From assembly GCA_944368925.1 (NCBI GenBank), contig CALVXG010000012.1, forward strand, positions 637 to 64,636: 64,000 nt of DNA, given 5' to 3'. Position numbers and translations under genes: made by a program. This document shows, in pieces, positions 56,905 through 64,000 of the stretch. The stretch comes from an uncultured Clostridia bacterium (GTDB lineage: Bacteria > Bacillota > Clostridia > Christensenellales > Borkfalkiaceae). Under the pieces are notes generated by a model. The model was not told the origin of the DNA and did not search any database. It saw nothing but the letters and a program-made list of their open reading frames with translations. Numbering within the stretch: position 1 is the first letter of the stretch; every line of letters starts with the position of its first letter.

Positions 56905-58014
56905 TCAAATCTCCGAAACGTCCGAAATCAGCGGAATCGAATTCTCCTTCGCAAAACGAAGCAGTTCCTCGCATTTTTGGTTGCACTCCCCGAATATATT
57001 GCAGGCCTGCAACAGTTTTCCCGCACGCCGTATCTGCTTTTGTGCGCGTTCGATATCCTCGTCCTTAACCGCCGAAAAGGCAGGGACGGAGACGATCGTC
57101 TCCGCAAGATCGGCGGCCACCTGGAAGTCCACGTCGTTCTCGCTCAGAATTCCTGTACTGAACGCGATCCCTTTTCTTTGCAGAGCCCTGTAGATCGGTA
57201 TCCCTGTTCCGCCGCCCGCAAGGACAAACACGCGGCTCTCCCCCGCAGGCTTTTCCATCTCGACGCTGCCGAATAAAAGATTATAGGATCCGCTTCGCAA
57301 TCCGTAGAGCTTTCGTATTTCATCACCGCGGAAAATTTCCTCGGGCGTTCCCGTCTTGTAAATCTTATCCCCGTCCACACAGACGATCTTATCGGAAATT
57401 TTTGCCGCAAGATCGATTTCGTGCAGGGACAATATGACAGACATTTTCCGCTCCGAGGCGAGCCTTCGCAAAATTCCCAAAAGTTCGATCTTATAGCGTA
57501 TGTCCAAAAACGACGTAGGTTCGTCCAGCACCATGACCTGCGGCTGCTGGCAGATCGCCCGCGCCAGAAGAATGCGCTGTTTCTGTCCGTCCGAAACGGA
57601 AGAAAACTGCTTTTCCGCCAATCCTTCCCCTCCGACCATGCGAAGACTTTCGTCGACGATCCGCTTGTCTTCTTCTTTTAACTTTCCGAAAAAGTTCGTA
57701 TAGGGATAGCGCCCCGCTTCCACGATCTCGCGGCAAGTCATGCGATCCGTTTTAAGGCGTTCCGTAAGCACGACGGAAAACTGCGTAGCAAAATCCTTGT
57801 GCGAAAGAAGACGGGAATCTTTTCCGTCCAGATACACCGCCCCGCCCAGCGGCTCGAGATGCCTTGTTATGCTCTTGAGTATGGTGGACTTCCCCGCTCC
57901 GTTCCGGCCGATGAGCGTAACGACTTCTCCCGCACGCACTTCAAGGTCGATCCCGCCGATCAGAATTTTTTTGTTGTACCCGACACTCAGTTTCTGCGCC
58001 GACAAATTCTGCAT
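56905..58014 (-). CDS. ABC transporter ATP-binding protein (FecE/BtuD-like) with an extra C-terminal domain of about 115 aa
   Basis: The ATG at 58014 overlaps the permease stop (TGATG). Walker A GRNGAGKST, signature VSDGQKQR, Walker B VMVLDEPTS, H-loop LSLHEI. The 155 upstream in-frame codons in the track lie inside the permease gene. Confidence 0.88.
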   Translation of the reverse strand: MQNLSAQKLSVGYNKKILIGGIDLEVRAGEVVTLIGRNGAGKSTILKSITRHLEPLGGAVYLDGKDSRLLSHKDFATQFSVVLTERLKTDRMTCREIVEAGRYPYTNFFGKLKEEDKRIVDESLRMVGGEGLAEKQFSSVSDGQKQRILLARAICQQPQVMVLDEPTSFLDIRYKIELLGILRRLASERKMSVILSLHEIDLAAKISDKIVCVDGDKIYKTGTPEEIFRGDEIRKLYGLRSGSYNLLFGSVEMEKPAGESRVFVLAGGGTGIPIYRALQRKGIAFSTGILSENDVDFQVAADLAETIVSVPAFSAVKDEDIERAQKQIRRAGKLLQACNIFGECNQKCEELLRFAKENSIPLISDVSEI

Positions 58015-59042
58015 CACAGTTCCCTCCGCCGCCGCGACAACAGCATCGCGATCACGACCGGCGCCCCGAAAATCGCCGTCACCGTCCCGATCGCAAGCTC
58101 CGTCGGGGCGAAAGCCGTGCGCGCGATCAGATCGCAGATCATACAAAATACTGCCCCCATCAGAAAAGTTCCGGGTAAAATTACGGCTGGTCTGGACGTT
58201 GAAAACATCATCTTCGTAAGGTGCGGCACGGCGATCCCCACAAAACTTACAGGCCCCGCATAGGCGACCACACATGCAGACATCACGCTGGAGAGCAAAA
58301 TGATCAGAACGCGGAACAGTTTTACGTTCATACCCATGCTCTGTGCATACCCTTCGCCCATGCGGAATGCCGCGATCGGCTTTACCAAAAGCATCGTCCC
58401 CGCAAATGATACGAGCACAAATCCCGCGATCACCGCCACGTCGTCCCAATCTTTTCCTGAAAAACTGCCCATCGACCAATAGGTCAGATTGACGATCTCT
58501 TCATCCTTGGCAAACGTTATGATCAGATCGGTTATCGCGGAACAGATATACCCGATCATGATCCCGATGATCAGCAGGATCGCCATGTTTTTCGTCTTGC
58601 CCGCACACAACAACACAAACCCCATCGCCAGCAAAGACCCGATAAACGACGCCACAACCATGCTCACGCCGCTCAGTCCGCCCAAAAGATTTGTCGCGAT
58701 CACGACGCAAAAAGCAAGCACCATCTTTGCACCCGAAGAGATCCCCAAAACGAACGGACTCGCGATCGGGTTGCGGAAATACGTCTGGATCAGATATCCC
58801 GAAACGCCGAGCGCGCCGCCCAAAAGGGCGGCGGCTGCCATCCGGGGCATGCGTATGCTCCAGACGATCGTATATTGGGCTTGTCCGCGAAAAACATCCG
58901 TAAATAAAATTTTGAAGACATCCCCCACCGAAATGTTCGCGCTTCCGATCCATATATTGGCGACGACCGCCGCAAAAAGCAGCAGGACAAGCACCGCATA
59001 ACAGATCTCCCAGCGAAGAATGCCGGAATCCCTCTTTTCCAT
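58014..59042 (-). CDS. FecCD-family ABC permease (BtuC-like)
   Basis: 342 aa with about 9-10 TM helices. RMPRMAAAALLGGALGVSG and the C-terminal GAPVVIAMLL are typical of FecCD/BtuC. Confidence 0.9.
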   Translation of the reverse strand: MEKRDSGILRWEICYAVLVLLLFAAVVANIWIGSANISVGDVFKILFTDVFRGQAQYTIVWSIRMPRMAAAALLGGALGVSGYLIQTYFRNPIASPFVLGISSGAKMVLAFCVVIATNLLGGLSGVSMVVASFIGSLLAMGFVLLCAGKTKNMAILLIIGIMIGYICSAITDLIITFAKDEEIVNLTYWSMGSFSGKDWDDVAVIAGFVLVSFAGTMLLVKPIAAFRMGEGYAQSMGMNVKLFRVLIILLSSVMSACVVAYAGPVSFVGIAVPHLTKMMFSTSRPAVILPGTFLMGAVFCMICDLIARTAFAPTELAIGTVTAIFGAPVVIAMLLSRRRREL

Positions 59043-60271
59043 TAAACCAACCTGTTTACATAATCGAGCGTGTCGGATACGTCATCGCTGTACAGCATGT
59101 TATAGATATCCATGACCATTTCGCCCATTTTGTCCATCTTTTGATAAAAATCGTTGGACGTTCTCCATACGTTGCGGTCTTTGTACGCCTTGAAATCTTT
59201 GAACCAATCTCCCAGGCGCGCATCGATCAACCCCTGCAGCGTCTCGTTTTCGACCCCCGAAGCTCCGCTCGTCCAGTTGTACAGAACATAATCAGCCTGC
59301 GCACACGTCGAGACAAACGTCTCCAAATCCATCTTCGTGTTTCCCGATTTCCCCGCGCCGATCTCGCTCACCTGCTTTCCGCCCGCAAGATTGACCAACT
59401 CCGTCACGTAGTCCGCCGCATTGCGTACATAATACGTCTCTTTGGAAGAGGTCGCATAGAATACCAAAACGCTCTTTCTTTCCGAATCGGGAAGATCACT
59501 GATTTTCTCCAGCGTCTCGTTCAGAATGTCTACCTGCCCGTTAAAAACAGCGTCCGATTCCTCCCGCATGCCGAAGATCTCGCCGTAAATTTTGATCCAT
59601 TCCGTACGCGCGAGCGGATGCCCTTCCGAAGAAGACTGATCGCGCATGATCCGAAGCCCGCATTGCTCACCGAGCATTTCCTCGACTTCCGGCTCATAAT
59701 CGATCATCGTCGAGAATACCGCAAACGTCACTTTCTTCTCTGCGTTGATCGTCAGAATCATCTCATAGTCGGGCGCATTGTATTTTCCCACTTCCTGCAC
59801 CTGGCCGCTCTCGATCGCGTCTTTGATCTCTTCGATGCGCCACGTCGTATCCGAAGTCGTCATCGGCACCCTGTTCAGCGCTCCCATCGCGTTGATCAGC
59901 GACATCGTGCTCGCCGAAGACACCAAAATGTTCTGCCTGTCCGACCACGTCATCAGATTCGTCTTTTCGGGCAAACCAGTCACGCTCGAAACGCCCTCCG
60001 GCAGCAAAAACCAGGCCGAATTGAGCTGCTTGTTCTTGTCGTATATTTCAATTCTCGAATAACTGCGATCCTGCCCGTCGGTGAAATGTTCGATCGAGAA
60101 CAGCTCCGCATACGTGTTTTGTTCCTTTCCTTCGCTCGTCAGCGCGCTGTATTGCACGCTTTGCGTCGCACCCTCATCCTTTCCTTCCTGCGAGCACGCC
60201 GCCGCAAACAACAGACACCCCGCAAGAATTGCCATACCCAACAGCATTGCCAAACTTCTTTTCGCCTTCAT
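59042..60271 (-). CDS. ABC substrate-binding lipoprotein (BtuF/periplasmic binding protein family, large variant)
   Basis: 409 aa. Lipobox LFAAAC|S. First gene after the cobalamin riboswitch. Confidence 0.8.
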   Translation of the reverse strand: MKAKRSLAMLLGMAILAGCLLFAAACSQEGKDEGATQSVQYSALTSEGKEQNTYAELFSIEHFTDGQDRSYSRIEIYDKNKQLNSAWFLLPEGVSSVTGLPEKTNLMTWSDRQNILVSSASTMSLINAMGALNRVPMTTSDTTWRIEEIKDAIESGQVQEVGKYNAPDYEMILTINAEKKVTFAVFSTMIDYEPEVEEMLGEQCGLRIMRDQSSSEGHPLARTEWIKIYGEIFGMREESDAVFNGQVDILNETLEKISDLPDSERKSVLVFYATSSKETYYVRNAADYVTELVNLAGGKQVSEIGAGKSGNTKMDLETFVSTCAQADYVLYNWTSGASGVENETLQGLIDARLGDWFKDFKAYKDRNVWRTSNDFYQKMDKMGEMVMDIYNMLYSDDVSDTLDYVNRLV

Positions 60272-60323
60272 CTTAACCTCTTCTTTCTTTTTTCCGATAA
60301 GTAAACCGAGAAGAAGATGGCAA

Positions 60324-60353
60324 CAAAAAACGCCCGCAAATTATTGCGGACGC
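60324..60353 (-). terminator. riboswitch expression-platform terminator
   Basis: On the minus strand, cgtccgcaa-taa-tttgcgggcg is followed by TTTTTTG, about 50 nt before the btuF-like ATG. Confidence 0.7.
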
Positions 60354-60600
60354 ACTCTCTCCCATGGTAAAAGATTTGCCGGCCGCATTCTCCATTTGCC
60401 CAAGAATGTTTCTCCGAACGATCTTCAAGCAGGTCTCCTGACTTACGGTCCTTTTACGGATTCGGCTTGCCTTCTCAAACACAGGGTTCAATGGCACCTC
60501 GCCTCTTTTAACCGCTCACAGTAATGGCTGTTGCACCGGATTTTCACCGGTTTCCCTTTTCACCTGCCCTTCGGCAGACACTTGAATCGTACAATCTACT
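60324..60600 (-). ncRNA. cobalamin (B12) riboswitch
   Basis: The minus strand reads GGTGAAAAGGGAAACCGGTGAAAATCCGGTGCAACAGCC...ACTGTGAGCGG (plus-strand coordinates about 60520-60565). The B12 box AGTCAGGAGACCTGC is at 60429-60443. A terminator hairpin follows. Confidence 0.9.
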
Positions 60601-60610
60601 TATCACTTCA

Positions 60611-60639
60611 AGTGTAATGCATATACGCTCCGTTGTCAA
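60611..60639 (-). promoter_or_regulatory. putative promoter driving the riboswitch and cob operon
   Basis: On the minus strand: TTGACA (60639-60634), 17 nt, TACACT (60616-60611). Confidence 0.4.
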
Positions 60640-60752
60640 GAACTTTTTTCTTTTTTCCTCCCTGCTCAGGCAACTCAACAATATATTGCTATCCGATAGC
60701 AAATTTTTTCGGTTTACCCGATTCAACTCTCCCCCAGTCTTCGCCCGAAAGC

Positions 60753-60780
60753 AAAGTGCGCCGAAATATCGGCGCACCTT
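60753..60780 (-). terminator. intrinsic terminator of the 285-aa hypothetical gene
   Basis: On the minus strand, aaggtgcgccga-tat-ttcggcgcacttt is followed by GCTTTC. It starts 3 nt after the stop. Confidence 0.7.
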
Positions 60781-60782
60781 CG

Positions 60783-61640
60783 TCAATTATTCTTTTTCCT
60801 TACCAAAGACAAATACGGTTTAATAAGTCCCGCACGAATCAGGACATCGTCCGATTTATACGGGAAATGAAAGTCCGTATAAATACAGCCCACTTCGGGT
60901 AATCCGTTCTTTTCGGCCAAAATTCCCAACAGCTCCTTGGCCTGCTTCAAAGAGCGGCGCGACGTGATTTTTACGCGCAAAGGCGTTTCGCGATGCGACT
61001 TCTTGTCCGAAACATCTTCAAACCGATAATTGCTGTTCTCAAATTCTTTGGGATCGAGCGCCAAAAAGACGGACAGCTTTTTCCCCGTGATCACGAATTT
61101 GGCGATTTTCTCTCCGTTCGCACGGAAATTTTCGCCGCTTCGGCACATGCGCGATTTTACGCCGCCATAACCGAGCAGCGCATTCTTTACCTCCGTGTAT
61201 GCGTCCTGTATCGGCGCTTCCTGGATCAGCCTCGAACGAAACGACCGCCGATAACGCGTCACAAGTTCGTACCCCTCCGGTGCCGCGCTCTTTTCTTCCC
61301 CGGACGTCTCCGAAGTTATGTCCGACAGCGCAACCTCTTCCGCAACATCTTCCCGTATGACTTCCTCGGTTTCCTTTTCGCTTTCCTGCGCTTGCTTTTC
61401 CTCCTCCTGATCCGAAAGGTCGTAACAGATTTCGTTTAAAGCCTCGGCCATCTTTTCCCGAAGCTGCGCCTTCGCACAAGGATATGTCTCTGTCTTGACA
61501 CAATGTACGCACCAGGTCATCGACCCGCAAAGGTCGCGTCCCGCCTTCTCGCTCGCCAACCATTTTTCTATGTCGATCTTTTCCTGCAGGCTTGCAAATT
61601 CTGTATCCGAAATTGCCGACAAGTCCTTCTGCCTTTCCAT
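60783..61640 (-). CDS. hypothetical protein: N-terminal Cys cluster, acidic linker, basic C-terminal domain
   Basis: 285 aa. CGSMTWCVHCVKTETYPC gives a Cx5Cx2Cx7C pattern, followed by a Glu/Asp-rich linker of about 60 aa and a Lys/Arg-rich domain of about 150 aa. No family recognised. Confidence 0.6.
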   Translation of the reverse strand: MERQKDLSAISDTEFASLQEKIDIEKWLASEKAGRDLCGSMTWCVHCVKTETYPCAKAQLREKMAEALNEICYDLSDQEEEKQAQESEKETEEVIREDVAEEVALSDITSETSGEEKSAAPEGYELVTRYRRSFRSRLIQEAPIQDAYTEVKNALLGYGGVKSRMCRSGENFRANGEKIAKFVITGKKLSVFLALDPKEFENSNYRFEDVSDKKSHRETPLRVKITSRRSLKQAKELLGILAEKNGLPEVGCIYTDFHFPYKSDDVLIRAGLIKPYLSLVRKKNN

Positions 61641-61688
61641 ATGTACTACCCCCGAACGAAGTTATCAAACTGCCCCTCTCATGTTTCT

Positions 61689-61717
61689 ATTATACTACTA
61701 ATAGCACATAAAATCAA
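61689..61717 (-). promoter_or_regulatory. putative sigma-A promoter of the 285-aa gene
   Basis: On the minus strand: TTGATT (61717-61712), 17 nt, TATAAT (61694-61689). Confidence 0.5.
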
Positions 61718-61734
61718 GATATTCTCAAAAATAC

Positions 61735-62418
61735 TTACTTTTTCTGCTCTCGGAGCGCCTCGATCCTTTTTCGGATTCCCAGCATTCGTGCATCGGTCGC
61801 CGCAATCGTCTCCGCACAGCTTTTCAGCTCCGCCGCAATTTCCGGCGTGTCCGCACCGTCTTGCTTATACTTCATCTGATGCTCCAGACTGGCCCAAAAA
61901 TCCATCGCGACCGTCCGCAGCTGAATCTCCACGCGCGTCAATCTTTTCCCTTCCGAAAAAAATACGGGTACCTCCACAATCATATGATAGCTCCTGTACC
62001 CGTTCAGCTTCGGCTTCCGAATATAATCTTTGACTTGTACGACCGTGATGTCATCCTGCTTGGCAAGCATTTCCGCCACCGAATAAATATCGTCGATAAA
62101 CGAACAAATTACCCGTATCCCCGCAACGTCGTTCAAATTATCCGCTATTGCATCCACCGTAGGCTCGATTCCCAGCCTGCGCAACTTCCCAGCTATACTG
62201 ATCGGCGTCTTGATCCTGGAGGAGATACTCTCGATCGGATTCCTGCTCGTGCGATACGTCAATTCTTCGTTCAACACCTCAAACTTCGTACGCACTTCCC
62301 TCACCGCACAATCATATTGCACCATCAGCGCCTGAAATGCGTCGAAACGCTCCATCACGTCCCCGCTTCCCCCAAAAAAATCACGAAATAATTTTTCTCT
62401 TTCCTGCGTATCGCTCAT
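61735..62418 (-). CDS. relQ: small alarmone synthetase (RelQ/RelP-type GTP pyrophosphokinase)
   Basis: RelA_SpoT synthetase core DVAGIRVICSFIDDIY...KPKLNGYRSYHMIVEVPV...VEIQLRTVAMDFWASLEH. I set the start at the ATG at 62418, which is preceded by GAGGAGAG. Confidence 0.88.
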   Translation of the reverse strand: MSDTQEREKLFRDFFGGSGDVMERFDAFQALMVQYDCAVREVRTKFEVLNEELTYRTSRNPIESISSRIKTPISIAGKLRRLGIEPTVDAIADNLNDVAGIRVICSFIDDIYSVAEMLAKQDDITVVQVKDYIRKPKLNGYRSYHMIVEVPVFFSEGKRLTRVEIQLRTVAMDFWASLEHQMKYKQDGADTPEIAAELKSCAETIAATDARMLGIRKRIEALREQKK

Positions 62419-62429
62419 CCGCGCTCTCC

Positions 62430-63209
62430 TCAAATAAAAAATTCCGGCGTTTTACGCGCCCTGCAGTTCTCTTCCAGCCACGCTTTTACCTTTGCGATAT
62501 TTGCGTCCCGAAAGCTCCGCGCCCCGACAGGACAAAACTTGACGCAAGCCGCACACCCTATGCACTTTCCGCCGTCATGACTGCCCGCATCCAGGTTACA
62601 AACGGGACACACCTCTATACATTTTCCGCATTGTATACACGCATCCGCATTTTCGATCGGGGCCGTCCGCTGCTGTAAGATGGAAGGCGCATATTCCTTA
62701 TACGGCCTGTTTCCCCGAATCTGCTTGGCAACAGGCTTTGCGGCCATCACCTTTTCATACGCGGCCAATGCAAACGTGCCGGCCGCCAACAAATCATCCA
62801 CGTCCGGCCGCCCCGCTCCGACCTTGTCAGAATAAGAATGCTGCCCGATAAACGCGCCCGCCGCACAAACCGTAAAACCGCGTTCGGTCAACGTATCATA
62901 CAATTCCAAAAGCGCATCGTCATAATCTCTGTTCCCGTAAACCGCAACGGCTGCCGCCTTTGCACCGTTTCCGCTGACAGTTGACAGAAAAGATTTCACA
63001 ACAAGCGGTATCCGCCCTCCGTAAACGGGAACACCGATCACCAAAACATCCTCTTGTGTAAAAGAATACTCGTGCATTCTTTTGGCGAGAAATGTCAGAT
63101 CTGCGATACGCACTTCGCACAGCATCTTTTCAAAAAATGTCTTCCCGATCGCACTCACGATTTTCTTCGTCGTATGCGTCGGACTAAAATACATTAGCGT
63201 AAGTTTCAT
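62430..63209 (-). CDS. flavodoxin-like domain fused to a 2x[4Fe-4S] ferredoxin domain (EFR1-type)
   Basis: MKLTLMYFSPTHTTKKI is a flavodoxin-like N-terminus. The C-terminus carries CIQCGKCIEVCP and CIGCAACVKFCP. I moved the start to the ATG at 63209; the 44 upstream in-frame codons have no RBS. Confidence 0.8.
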   Translation of the reverse strand: MKLTLMYFSPTHTTKKIVSAIGKTFFEKMLCEVRIADLTFLAKRMHEYSFTQEDVLVIGVPVYGGRIPLVVKSFLSTVSGNGAKAAAVAVYGNRDYDDALLELYDTLTERGFTVCAAGAFIGQHSYSDKVGAGRPDVDDLLAAGTFALAAYEKVMAAKPVAKQIRGNRPYKEYAPSILQQRTAPIENADACIQCGKCIEVCPVCNLDAGSHDGGKCIGCAACVKFCPVGARSFRDANIAKVKAWLEENCRARKTPEFFI

Positions 63210-63345
63210 AAATCCTACCTGTAATTTTCTGCTCTTTATTTTATCATGAAAGAGCTCCCTTGTAAAGATAAAAACGGGCTCATAGCCCGTTTTTTTCGAA
63301 AGCAAATTATGCCGATACATGTCTGACATAATACTATACAAATAA

Positions 63346-63948
63346 TCAAAAATCTTTGTTTTTATAAATATTTAAGGCAGCCAAGAGAGACGGAATGACC
63401 GACAAAAATCCAAGAGATAGCGGTAAAAAGGCAAGAGCCCAAACAACTGTCCTTCCCATGAGTTCGATCGATATTGCAAACAATACGCTCATCAGCACTA
63501 CCCCGGCGAACATGATCAGATAGGCCGCCTGCGCATGCTCCGATCCCTTTTTCAGCACAATCGGCAGCATGGCATTGTTGACGAGAAAGCTCATTCCGCC
63601 GAACGAAGCGAGCGCTGCCACAGCCTTTAAATCAAGATAGCCGAATATCCCTGCCACCGCAACCCCACACCCAAGCAGAGGAACTCCCACACTGTATGCA
63701 AGTGCATAACGATACAGGACCAACCTTCTTCGCGATATTCCCGATGCCAACGCAAAAGAGTCCCAATGATTCTTTTCGTCTATCGTCAATGCGGACAGCG
63801 GCAATGATACACTTAAAAAAACAATTCCACCCAGAATATATACGTTCTTCGTCCATACGCTGAATACGATCAGCCCCAAAAAAGCGGCAAGATAATACAG
63901 AAATTGGTTGGATATGTTTTTTATGTCTTTCAAAATCAACCCGAACAC
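63346..63948 (-). CDS. ABC-2 type transporter permease
   Basis: 200 aa with 6 predicted TM helices. It has a GTG start 7 nt after GAGGAG. The minus-strand reading frame entering from the right edge ends at a TAG at 63959-63961, which would fit an upstream ATPase gene. Confidence 0.6.
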   Translation of the reverse strand: MFGLILKDIKNISNQFLYYLAAFLGLIVFSVWTKNVYILGGIVFLSVSLPLSALTIDEKNHWDSFALASGISRRRLVLYRYALAYSVGVPLLGCGVAVAGIFGYLDLKAVAALASFGGMSFLVNNAMLPIVLKKGSEHAQAAYLIMFAGVVLMSVLFAISIELMGRTVVWALAFLPLSLGFLSVIPSLLAALNIYKNKDF

Positions 63949-64000
63949 ACTATCTCCTCTAATAATCTTTCTTTGCGCAGATTTTTACCGTTATCGCCAT

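Noticed and set aside
58015-58479. The ABC ATPase ORF (56905-58479) has a 155-codon N-terminal extension that overlaps the permease gene.
   Set aside because: The extension is Arg/Gly-rich frame-shadow inside the FecCD permease. The ATPase sequence proper begins at MQNLSAQKL, and that ATG overlaps the permease stop (TGATG). That is the expected coupled start.
60578-60615. A 9-bp inverted repeat, ACACTTGAA…TTCAAGTGT, sits at the 5' edge of the riboswitch region. I considered it as an extra RNA helix or as a terminator of the upstream gene.
   Set aside because: Its distal arm overlaps the predicted -10 (60611-60616), so it would not be fully transcribed. The upstream gene already has a clean terminator at 60753-60780.

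Overview
This looks like ordinary core chromosome from a moderately GC-rich, spore-forming Firmicute, probably class Clostridia. The taxon is inferred from gene content, including spoIVB, ytfJ/ytfI, two dac genes, and the sua5-ywlE-rpiB-upp and drm-punA synteny. I support about 62 CDS, and all but four are on the minus strand.

Gene content from left to right:
- Left end: S51 peptidase fragment, mscS, an MTA/SAH-deaminase-like amidohydrolase, galU, upp, rpiB, ywlE-like phosphatase, sua5, dnaB, pepF.
- An ACT/UPF0210 pair, degV, lepB, sbcDC, a DnaD/DnaB-like replication protein, copA, rpmF, ackA-pta, tmcAL.
- uxuA with an SDR gene, a macro-domain protein, an aconitase-family hydratase, a pseudouridine synthase.
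- A sporulation/cell-wall block (dacB, ytfJ, DUF2953, dacF-like, spoIVB) interleaved with punA-deoB.
- An RHH gene co-transcribed with clpB, then an aldehyde dehydrogenase.
- A 14-gene, tightly overlapping operon behind a clear cobalamin riboswitch. It encodes BtuFCD-like uptake, cbiA, cbiC, cobT, cobU, cobS, a mini-cobU, cobC, cbiB, cobD, cobQ and cobO.
- Right end: an orphan Cys-cluster protein, a small alarmone synthetase, a flavodoxin/ferredoxin fusion and an ABC-2 permease.

I saw no rRNA, tRNA, CRISPR array, transposase, integrase, prophage or recognisable defence system, and I cannot point to a convincing novel multi-gene system.

The observations most worth a second look are single-gene architectural oddities:
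- An RHH-domain protein operonic with clpB in an AT-rich islet.
- A DnaD/DnaB-like protein that carries the coiled-coil and zinc-ribbon head of a helicase loader but has no AAA+ module.
- A DnaB helicase with a 77-aa acidic, proline-rich tail.
- A truncated second CobU.
- A CopA with a fused C-terminal CopZ-like domain that keeps its own RBS and ATG.
- An SbcC with no CxxC hook.

The many very long antisense ORFs in the track are codon-register shadows, not genes. All coordinates, motifs and hairpins were read by eye, and no database search was possible.
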